NCBI GenBank assembly: GCA_028288405.1
Contig: JAQBNS010000034.1
Span: forward strand, 27,221-91,220
Length of the DNA: 64,000 nt
DNA from: Chitinophagaceae bacterium
Lineage (GTDB): Bacteria; Bacteroidota; Bacteroidia; Cytophagales; Cytophagaceae
Direction: 5' to 3'
Shown: positions 52,362 through 60,110 of the stretch, piece by piece
How the letters are laid out: each line of letters starts with the position of its first letter
How positions within the stretch are numbered: the first letter of the stretch is position 1
Program-made: the position numbers and the translations under genes
The notes under the pieces: generated by a model
Seen by the model: only the letters and a program-made list of their open reading frames with translations
Database searches by the model: none
What the model was told of the DNA's origin: nothing

Positions 52362-53222
52362 ATGAGACCAGAATTCGAAAAATATAGCCTCATCGATAAT
52401 TACCTTGGCGGTAAGCTTTCAGAGCAGGAGAACAGTGCGTTTGAGCAAAGCATGGCAGAAGATTCTTCTTTACGTGAAGAAGTGTTCGATCGTAAAGTAG
52501 TGAATGAAATCCTTATCGAAAAAAGATTCTTTGATATCACCAGCGGACTTCGTACTCCTGCCGGTGTAACACGCACCTTATTCTCTAATTCTGTAAAACG
52601 TTTTGTAGGTATCGGTGCCGCAGTAGCTGTGATCCTCTTTACTCCTTATTATTTCAGTAAACGCGCTGAACAGCCCGTAGAAAACACCAGCGGTCCGGAA
52701 CAAAAATCAGAAGCGGTTGCTCCTGTTATAAAACAACAAGAAGAGCCTAGTCAGGACGTGGTGTTAGAAGAACAAGTACAAGAAAATACAGAAGCAGTAG
52801 AAACAACTCCGGAAGAACAACCTGTTGTTGCAGAAGAAAAAGTAATTGAAAAAACACCCATTGCGAAAAAAGCGACAACAGTAGCTCCTGCTGCCAAGAA
52901 GAAGAAAAAAGCGAAAAGCTACATCCTTGAAATTCCAATCGATGATCCTTCCGCTAAAGGACATCAGGCCAACTCTTATGTGTTTAACCCTGCTAAAGGT
53001 CAAAGCTGGAAAATTCCTATGCACAATCATAAGGAAGCTACGGTTACGATTTTTAACAAAGAAGGAAATGAAGTTTTCACTTCTTCTGTTGAGCAAGGAA
53101 AAAACAATACCTGGAAGGGTACTTCTACTGATGGAACCAAGCAAAAAGCAGGCAAATACGCTTATTTACTTGATTTTGGAAATGGAAAGATTGAGCACGG
53201 ACATGTTACAATTAATCCGTAA
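52362..53222 (+). CDS. anti-sigma-like membrane protein with E/P/Q-rich linker and C-terminal T9SS type-B-CTD-like domain
   Basis: Starts 3 nt after the sigma gene. N-terminal YLGGKLSEQENSAFEQSMAEDSSLREEV is typical of Bacteroidota anti-sigma N-termini. One TM (FVGIGAAVAVILFTPYYF). The C-terminal approx 85 aa align with the CTD of the next gene. Confidence 0.7.
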   Translation: MRPEFEKYSLIDNYLGGKLSEQENSAFEQSMAEDSSLREEVFDRKVVNEILIEKRFFDITSGLRTPAGVTRTLFSNSVKRFVGIGAAVAVILFTPYYFSKRAEQPVENTSGPEQKSEAVAPVIKQQEEPSQDVVLEEQVQENTEAVETTPEEQPVVAEEKVIEKTPIAKKATTVAPAAKKKKKAKSYILEIPIDDPSAKGHQANSYVFNPAKGQSWKIPMHNHKEATVTIFNKEGNEVFTSSVEQGKNNTWKGTSTDGTKQKAGKYAYLLDFGNGKIEHGHVTINP

Positions 53223-53274
53223 ATAATCCATAAATTAGATCCGGACTCTCAGTCGTTTGTACGACAACCCTTTA

Positions 53275-55077
53275 ATGAGTAAAAGATTTTACCGGATCTT
53301 ATCTTTCATTGTTTTTTTTTCTTTCACGCTAGTTGACTCCACGGCACAGCGATTTGCATCTGTGCCTGATAAAACATATAGCGCGCAAGAGGTTAAATCT
53401 CTTGACGCTCTTTCCTCCTCCAAACGAAGCAGTTCCAGAACGACAGCAACCGCCCTAACAGCAACTGTTACTGATGCCAAATGTTTTGGATCTTCTTTAG
53501 GCAAAATCACTTACAGCATCTCAGGAGGTATTCCTCCCTACCGTTATCAATGGAGCAACGGAATCAACGGATACGTTTATGGTAATTGCTGGTACACTAT
53601 AAAAATCACTAATCCCGGTTCCGCAACGCTTACCGATTATCAGGTCATGGTCTCCGTTCCATATGCTTCTGCAGCAGGGATGAATGCTGACTTCTCCAAT
53701 GTTTCTTTTTCTGACACAACCAATACAGTGTCCTACAATTTTTGGAAAGAAAGTGTAAGCAGTAACATCGGTGTCTTTTGGATCAAGATGCCCTCCTTCC
53801 CTCCGGGTGATTCTTACATTAGAGTTTCTTTCTGTTCCACCAGCTCCACCTCACTAAGCAATGGCTTAGCTACATTTGATTATTTTGATGATTTCGATGA
53901 TCAGGACATCAGCGACTGGACACATACCTGCAACGATGTAAATTATCCGGATGAAGTTTGTGATGCCAGTGTGCAACAAGTCAATGGGTCCGATTATGCC
54001 GCACAGCTCAGCAGCTATGCCCATTGCATTGGTGGCACTCCCCCAACTCCCACTGTAGGAGTCAACGATAAACTCTCTAAAAGTATAAGTCTTCCTAACG
54101 GACAATATTGGGTAGATATCAGTTCTAAGTTTCTAGTTTGCCTTAGAACCATCTGCAGTGATTCTGCCCGCATCTATTCCAGGATTTATCTGGACAATGT
54201 TTTCTACTCCGCTTTTTTCTTAGAAAAAAATACAACATGCGGTTGCGCATTATCAGGCTGGACACAGATCAGGGTCAATGGACCGCATATGAATACAGGC
54301 ATTCCCGTTGCCTATGACCTTCGCACAGAACTTACAGATTGCGGAGAAGGAAATATCCAATACGATAATTTTAGAATACGCAAATGGTATGTTGATCCGG
54401 ATGTAGTGATTGACTATCCTAAAACATTACACATCGACAACTTAGTGGCAGGAGATTATACGCTCACCGTAACAGATGGTGAAGGTACAGTGGCAACGGA
54501 AACCTATACGATCCATGGGCCTGATCTTCCGCAGTCCAGCGATTATATTACATGTGGACAAAGCCCTGCTGTACTTAACGCCATAGGCACTTATACTACT
54601 TTTAAATGGTACGATGTACCGAGTGGTGGAAGCAGTCTTTATACAGGAACTACCTATACAACCGATAGCCTGGAGCATGATCAACTGTTTTATCTCACAG
54701 GTGTCGGTATTGACGGCTGTGAGAGTAGTCCCCGAGTTGCGGTAAAAACTACCGTGCTCAATCCTGCCTCTTCCAATGATTGCCTAATCGTGTATACCGG
54801 CATCTCCCCTAATGGAGATGGATTAAATGAAAGTTGGGAAATCAGAGGCATAGAATCTTATCCTCACAACAAAGTGAAACTCTTCGATCGTTGGGGGAAC
54901 ATCGTATTTGAAAAAGAATTCTATAACAACCAGATGGAGACTACCTGGAAGGGGAAATCCAATAAAGGTCTTTCTAAAGGGCAGGATCTGCCCAATGGAA
55001 CTTATTATTACGAAATCGACATTAGAGGTTTAAACAAACCTTTGTCAGGCTTTGTGATCCTTAACAGAGAACAGTAA
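53275..55077 (+). CDS. T9SS type-B (gliding-motility-associated CHU_C) sorting-domain cargo with SprB repeat and DUF2341-like region
   Basis: Start MSKRFYRILSFIVFF. SprB-type repeat CFGSSLGKITYSISGGIPPYRYQWSNG. C-terminal ISPNGDGLNESWEIRGIESYPHNKVKLFDRWGNIVFE...GTYYYEI...GFVILNR. Confidence 0.85.
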   Translation: MSKRFYRILSFIVFFSFTLVDSTAQRFASVPDKTYSAQEVKSLDALSSSKRSSSRTTATALTATVTDAKCFGSSLGKITYSISGGIPPYRYQWSNGINGYVYGNCWYTIKITNPGSATLTDYQVMVSVPYASAAGMNADFSNVSFSDTTNTVSYNFWKESVSSNIGVFWIKMPSFPPGDSYIRVSFCSTSSTSLSNGLATFDYFDDFDDQDISDWTHTCNDVNYPDEVCDASVQQVNGSDYAAQLSSYAHCIGGTPPTPTVGVNDKLSKSISLPNGQYWVDISSKFLVCLRTICSDSARIYSRIYLDNVFYSAFFLEKNTTCGCALSGWTQIRVNGPHMNTGIPVAYDLRTELTDCGEGNIQYDNFRIRKWYVDPDVVIDYPKTLHIDNLVAGDYTLTVTDGEGTVATETYTIHGPDLPQSSDYITCGQSPAVLNAIGTYTTFKWYDVPSGGSSLYTGTTYTTDSLEHDQLFYLTGVGIDGCESSPRVAVKTTVLNPASSNDCLIVYTGISPNGDGLNESWEIRGIESYPHNKVKLFDRWGNIVFEKEFYNNQMETTWKGKSNKGLSKGQDLPNGTYYYEIDIRGLNKPLSGFVILNREQ

Positions 55078-55078
55078 A

Positions 55079-56005
55079 GTGTATTTATATAAAACGTTTT
55101 CGTTTTTCGCTGTAACGCTCACCTTCTTACTGTTTCAAACCGGATACAGTCAGCAAGGTTCTTTGTACTCGCAATATATGTTTAATGGATTGGTACTTAA
55201 TCCCGCCTATGCAGGAAGTCAGGAGTCAATGAGCATCTCCGCTTTGTTCAGGAAACAATGGACAGCTTTGGACGGAAGTCCTTCTACCGGGATCTTCTCG
55301 GCGCACGCTCCATTGAATAATAAAAAAATAGCCTTGGGGCTGCTCTTTGTAAACGACAACATCGGAGTGACACAACAAACAGGCGGTGATCTTATGTATG
55401 CTTATCGGATTTCTTTTTCGGAAACACGTAAATTATCCTTGGGCTTGCAGGCAGGCTTTGCCAGATTATCCTCTCAATACAGCAGCTTGACAGTGAAAGA
55501 TCCCAATGATCCTTCCTTTTCTTCTTCTGGTGCATACAATTACTTGTATTTTGGAACAGGCATTTACTATTCTTCCAAACGGTTTTATGCCGGACTATCC
55601 GCTCCGCATGCCAATCGCATCACACTGGGACAAACTTTTTCAACGGATGAAAATAGCCAAAGCAGAAATTACTTTCTGACCACAGGCTATGTATTCACCT
55701 TGTCACCTTCCTTCAAGCTCAAACCCAGTACACTTATCAAAGCTACCGATGGCTGGTCTTCTCAAATAGATTTTAATTGCACCTTATTGTACGAAGATGT
55801 ATTTTGGATTGGAGTATCTTATCGCACCTTCTCCGCACTTAGCTTTATGGCAAAAGTTCAACTTACCAATCAACTCAGTGCCGGTTATGCTTACGATAAC
55901 GCGTTGGGCGATTTGAGCGTAATAGGAGGAGGTGGGCATGAGTTCATGTTGACTTATAATTTTTCTTTTTTCAAATCTAATACGGTAACCCCACGCGATT
56001 TCTGA
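55079..56005 (+). CDS. PorP/SprF-family type IX secretion system membrane protein
   Basis: Hallmark N-terminus QQGSLYSQYMFNGLVLNPAYAG. About 300 aa beta-barrel pattern. GTG start 1 nt after the cargo stop. Confidence 0.9.
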   Translation: MYLYKTFSFFAVTLTFLLFQTGYSQQGSLYSQYMFNGLVLNPAYAGSQESMSISALFRKQWTALDGSPSTGIFSAHAPLNNKKIALGLLFVNDNIGVTQQTGGDLMYAYRISFSETRKLSLGLQAGFARLSSQYSSLTVKDPNDPSFSSSGAYNYLYFGTGIYYSSKRFYAGLSAPHANRITLGQTFSTDENSQSRNYFLTTGYVFTLSPSFKLKPSTLIKATDGWSSQIDFNCTLLYEDVFWIGVSYRTFSALSFMAKVQLTNQLSAGYAYDNALGDLSVIGGGGHEFMLTYNFSFFKSNTVTPRDF

Positions 56006-56006
56006 T

Positions 56007-58091
56007 ATGAAAGTTAAAGGGTGTATTGTTCTGCTGTTCTTTATTTCAATGTTGAGTAAGCCTCTGCAGGCTCAACATAAAAATATTTTTACGCTGACCC
56101 AAAGTACTTTTAAACAAGCAGAAAAATACTACAGGCAAAATGATTACATGTCAGCCATTACCTTGTATGAGAAAGCCTTGTTAAAAGACAGACGCAGACA
56201 AGGATTGATCAAATTGCGCCTGGCCAATAGTTACCTGATCCTTCACCATACGAAAGAAGCAGAGTTTTGGTACAAAGACATCATGAATACCAAATCTCTG
56301 ATCGGTAAACAAGATGTCATGAACTATGCGATGATTCTGCTGTCCAACAAAAAATACGAAGCCAGTAAAGCATGGTTTGAGCATTATATTAAAGAATACG
56401 GCACAGATAGTTTAGTCTTGGGTAAAATAAAGGGTATCGATCAAATCGCTTCGTATTATGAAGACTCCTTGAGTAAACCTATTCATGCTTTGTCCATTAA
56501 TACTTCCTATTCTGAATTCAGTCCGGTGTTTTTCGGTAAAGGAATCGTTTTTACTTCCTCCCGGCAGGCAGAAAGCGTCGTAAAATTGAACAACGCCAAA
56601 GACAATAAAGCTTTTCTGGATTTGTACTACAGTGAGTTTAAAAAAGACCAAACATTGTCTGAGCCCAAACCCTGGCATCATGCGATCAATAGTAGCTATC
56701 ACGAAGGGCCCATTGTTTTTTACAGCAACGACACTAAAGCAATCTTCACGCAAAACTTTTCGCTCGAAAAAAAACAAGAGAAAATTGATACGCGTCATTT
56801 AGGATTATTCAGCATAGAGAAGGAAGGTGAAAACAATTGGAGTGAAGCCGTGTCTTTACCTTTTAATAAGGCGAATTATTCCGTGGCACATGCTGCCATC
56901 AGTCAAGACGGCAAGCTGCTTTACTTTGCCTCCAACAAACCCGGAGGCTATGGAGGCACAGACCTTTACACGACACGGTACAACGGTACAGCATGGGATG
57001 AACCCATTAACCTCGGACCATCCATTAACACCTCCGGTAACGAGTTGTTCCCTTATCTTCTTCTGGATAGTATTTTATATTTCTCTTCTACCGGTCATGC
57101 CGGACTGGGAGGACTTGATATCTATCGCACCTCCTCTTGCACAACAGGATTTTGTGAGCCGGAGAATCTTGGTTATCCGATCAACTCCAACCAAGATGAT
57201 TTTGGAATCGTGTTCGCCCCTACTTATAAATCCGGCTACTTCAGCAGCAACAGAATTAACGGAGGCAGCGACGACGACTTGTTTGCTTTTGAAATCATCA
57301 ACGTCTACTTCAAAGGAAACATCAAGGCTAAGTTGAAGAGCGTTCCCCTTGCTGATGTCACGTTGAGCTTTTCATTGAAAGACAAAGAAGTAAAAACAGC
57401 GAAGACCAATGAACGCGGAGAATTTTTAGTCGTGTTAGATCCGAGCGAAGAGTATACGTTGTCAGTCTTTAAAGAAACATTCAAACCATACACTACCAAA
57501 ATTTCCACCAGACACCGCAGCGAGGCGGATAGCATCACACAAGAAATTCTATTGGAAAAAGAAGTGAAGACCTTAGTCAAGGGTGTCGTCAATCAAAACG
57601 ATAGCGTAGTGACTAAATTGAAAATTATCGCACTGGAAACTTCTTCTAAACATCAGGACACGATCTTCTCGGATGAGAAAGGAGAATTTTTTTATGAAGC
57701 AGATCCAGGATTGGAATACTATTTCTATGTAGATACCCGCTATTCGTTTGGAGATGTTTTATTGGAGCCCAGCAAAAAAACGAAAGGAACTTTCCTTTTG
57801 TATACAAAAATAGAATTGCACAACTACGACACCACTTTTGTAAATGTATTGGTAAAAGATAAAAATCTACCGGCTGCTAATGCCTTGGTCGTATTAGAAA
57901 ATACGGTGACGCAGAAAAGAGACTCACTCTATACCAACAAAAAGGGCATGATCCGTTTTGTCGCAAAATCTTATGCGGACTATAACATCAGCAGTCGCTT
58001 AAAAAATAAGCATGCTACACTTTCTGATTTTAATTTGTTGACCAACCGGGTGAGGACATTGGTGCTGCACCTTAAGGAAGAAGAGGAATAA
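56007..58091 (+). CDS. TPR / TolB-like PD40 beta-propeller / carboxypeptidase-regulatory-like domain protein
   Basis: N-terminal TPR-like helices. Repeated PD40-type motifs (SEFSPVFF, HEGPIVFYSND, DGKLLYFASNKPGGYGGTDLY, GLGGLDIYR). The C-terminal beta-sandwich repeats lack an obvious OmpA domain. Confidence 0.7.
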   Translation: MKVKGCIVLLFFISMLSKPLQAQHKNIFTLTQSTFKQAEKYYRQNDYMSAITLYEKALLKDRRRQGLIKLRLANSYLILHHTKEAEFWYKDIMNTKSLIGKQDVMNYAMILLSNKKYEASKAWFEHYIKEYGTDSLVLGKIKGIDQIASYYEDSLSKPIHALSINTSYSEFSPVFFGKGIVFTSSRQAESVVKLNNAKDNKAFLDLYYSEFKKDQTLSEPKPWHHAINSSYHEGPIVFYSNDTKAIFTQNFSLEKKQEKIDTRHLGLFSIEKEGENNWSEAVSLPFNKANYSVAHAAISQDGKLLYFASNKPGGYGGTDLYTTRYNGTAWDEPINLGPSINTSGNELFPYLLLDSILYFSSTGHAGLGGLDIYRTSSCTTGFCEPENLGYPINSNQDDFGIVFAPTYKSGYFSSNRINGGSDDDLFAFEIINVYFKGNIKAKLKSVPLADVTLSFSLKDKEVKTAKTNERGEFLVVLDPSEEYTLSVFKETFKPYTTKISTRHRSEADSITQEILLEKEVKTLVKGVVNQNDSVVTKLKIIALETSSKHQDTIFSDEKGEFFYEADPGLEYYFYVDTRYSFGDVLLEPSKKTKGTFLLYTKIELHNYDTTFVNVLVKDKNLPAANALVVLENTVTQKRDSLYTNKKGMIRFVAKSYADYNISSRLKNKHATLSDFNLLTNRVRTLVLHLKEEEE

Positions 58092-58097
58092 AAAATT

Positions 58098-58157
58098 AGG
58101 GACGAGCCAGAAGCTAGGAGGGACGACTCATTCCCTAGCTCGTCCCTCCTAGCTCCC
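58098..58157. repeat. R1 palindromic intergenic repeat
   Basis: GGGACGA-GCCAGAA-GCTAGGA-GGGACG (58098-58125) with the complementary arm ccctagctcgtccctcctagctccc (58133-58157), between convergent stops 58091 and 58160. Confidence 0.85.
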
Positions 58158-58159
58158 GG

Positions 58160-58948
58160 CTATATACATAGGTCTATAAACGCCTTCACCACCGTCAGGC
58201 ATTCTTCCTTCTCCTCTACCATGCCCATGTGCCCTACGTTATCAAGGAAGTAAACCAAACTCTTTGCGGGAAGATGAAATTGTTCCATGCTTTTTTCCAA
58301 TGGAATAGAAGTGTCTTTTTTACCGGCTATAAACAATACCGGAACTTTACTTTCCTTTAACACCGCCGTGCGATCCACTCTTTCCTTCATGGCTATGGTT
58401 GCAGCAACGGCTCCTTCTTTAGAACTTAGTCTTGCTTGTTGCTTGATCTTACCGATTTCCGCTGCCAGTCTCTGTCTGTTGCCTGCATAAAATAAAGGCT
58501 CCACGAAATTGTCTGTAAATGCAGGAACACCTTTGTCTTGTATGTATTGCGCTACTTTATCGCGGCTTTGTTTTTTCTCTTCGTTATCGGCAAAAGCTGT
58601 AGAATGAAACAAGCCCAAGCCATTGATGCGCTCAGGATATAGTTCGGCAAAAGCCAATCCTACATAGCCACCTAATGAGTGTCCGATAAAAGTAATAGGT
58701 TCTTCTGATGGTACAAGTTGCTCCAATAATTCATGTACCCTGCGCGCGTAATACTCGATACTTACGGCTTCTCCATACTCGGGAGATGAATTCCCAAATC
58801 CAGGAAGGTCAGGTACTATGACACGGTAACGCAATGCGAGGTCCTGGCTATAGTCACTCCAAATGGTATGGTCTTCACAAAACCCATGAACAAGCACTAC
58901 CGTTTTGCCTTTTCCCGCTGTATGATAGGAGAGCGTATCGTTTTTCAT
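58160..58948 (-). CDS. alpha/beta-fold hydrolase
   Basis: HGF oxyanion region, nucleophile elbow GHSLGG, C-terminal His region. Confidence 0.85.
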   Translation of the reverse strand: MKNDTLSYHTAGKGKTVVLVHGFCEDHTIWSDYSQDLALRYRVIVPDLPGFGNSSPEYGEAVSIEYYARRVHELLEQLVPSEEPITFIGHSLGGYVGLAFAELYPERINGLGLFHSTAFADNEEKKQSRDKVAQYIQDKGVPAFTDNFVEPLFYAGNRQRLAAEIGKIKQQARLSSKEGAVAATIAMKERVDRTAVLKESKVPVLFIAGKKDTSIPLEKSMEQFHLPAKSLVYFLDNVGHMGMVEEKEECLTVVKAFIDLCI

Positions 58949-59056
58949 AAAGCAAAGTTAAAATTATTTGGAGGAATACAGTCCCAAATGGATGCCAAAT
59001 AAAAGCCTGTGCATTTGCCGGGGAAATTTGTTAACTTTATGACCTTAAAGCTTTTT

Positions 59057-59827
59057 ATGAAAATTTTACAAACAGCAGAACGCGTTTCTCCTACTGATCT
59101 TTCTGACAACTATGTATTTCAACGTTCCATTCTTGCTTACTATGAAGCAGCAAAGCTGGTACAGGGTGAGGTGTTGGAATTGGGAACAGGAGAAGGCTAT
59201 GGCATTGAATTACTAGCTCCTAAATCTTCACGCTATGTTTGCGCAGATAAACATCAGCCCGGTGTAGATCTTAGCGTTTATCCTAACGTTACGTTTAAGC
59301 AAACGTCTTTCCCTCCATTGGATTTTGCGGACAACACATTTGATTTTGTCATTACCTTTCAGGTGATCGAACATATTCCTAATGACAATTTATACGTGAA
59401 AGAAATTTTCCGTGTATTGAAGCCAGGCGGAAAACTCATTGTAACAACGCCTAATAAAAAAATGTCTATCACCCGCAATCCATGGCACGTGAGGGAGTAT
59501 ACCCTTCAGGAGTTGGAAACACTATTGCTTAAGTCGTTTCAGTCGGTAGAGAAAAAAGGTGTTTCAGGCAATGCAAAGATCATGGAGTATTACAATAAAA
59601 ACAAAGCCTCTGTGCGTAAGATCACGCGCTTTGATGTATTCAATTTGCAATACATGCTTCCCCGCCAATTGCTGCAAATCCCTTATGATTTGTTGAATAG
59701 AATGAACCGTAAAAAATTATTGCAAAACAATACGGGGTTGGTGTCTGATATTAAAATGGAAGACTATACGGTACAGGCTGCGGATGATCAATGTTTTGAC
59801 TGGTTTTATGTGGCGACGAAAAAATAA
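59057..59827 (+). CDS. class I SAM-dependent methyltransferase
   Basis: Start MKILQTAERV. Motif I VLELGTGEGYG. LKPGGKLIVTTPN. Confidence 0.8.
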   Translation: MKILQTAERVSPTDLSDNYVFQRSILAYYEAAKLVQGEVLELGTGEGYGIELLAPKSSRYVCADKHQPGVDLSVYPNVTFKQTSFPPLDFADNTFDFVITFQVIEHIPNDNLYVKEIFRVLKPGGKLIVTTPNKKMSITRNPWHVREYTLQELETLLLKSFQSVEKKGVSGNAKIMEYYNKNKASVRKITRFDVFNLQYMLPRQLLQIPYDLLNRMNRKKLLQNNTGLVSDIKMEDYTVQAADDQCFDWFYVATKK

Positions 59828-59829
59828 GT

Positions 59830-59857
59830 TTAGTTGTTAGTTGTTAGTTGTTAGTTT
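59830..59857. repeat. heptanucleotide tandem repeat TTAGTTG x4
   Basis: ttagttg ttagttg ttagttg ttagttt, read directly, 3 nt after the methyltransferase stop. Confidence 0.85.
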
Positions 59858-59880
59858 AAAAACTAACGTTTTATTTCTGA

Positions 59881-60110
59881 CTGTCTGGCCCCTAAATCCC
59901 CTAAAGGGGACTTTAGTTTGTAGTAAAATAAAGAAGCTCATTGCATACTATATGCGAAGAGCTTTTTTGTTTAGTAAAAGGGAAAGTCCCCTTTAGGGGA
60001 TTTAGGGGTTAGACAGCAAGAGCAACAGCATACAGCAAGAAAAGAGTTGTTGCTCTTGCTACATACTCATTACTGTCAAGTCCCCTTTAGGGGATTTAGG
60101 GGCCAGACAG
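59881..60110. mobile_element. R2 MITE-like element with perfect 31 bp terminal inverted repeats
   Basis: ctgtctggcccctaaatcccctaaaggggac at 59881-59911 is the exact reverse complement of 60080-60110. Third internal unit at 59986-60016. Internal 13 bp hairpin agcaagagcaaca / tgttgctcttgct. No ORF. Confidence 0.7.

Noticed and set aside
56827-57336. 169 aa alternative-frame ORF inside the TPR/PD40 gene, together with the many other 60-170 aa antisense or alternative-frame ORFs in the track
   Set aside because: They are fully embedded in longer ORFs that carry clear domain motifs. Their sequences are compositionally biased and lack motifs.
59881-60110. Three near-identical 31 bp units with roughly 60-75 bp spacing, which could suggest a mini-CRISPR array
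   Set aside because: The units are in inverted rather than direct orientation, the spacers contain their own hairpins, and the same composite recurs elsewhere (23037-23291). No cas genes are in the window. A MITE-like element explains it better.
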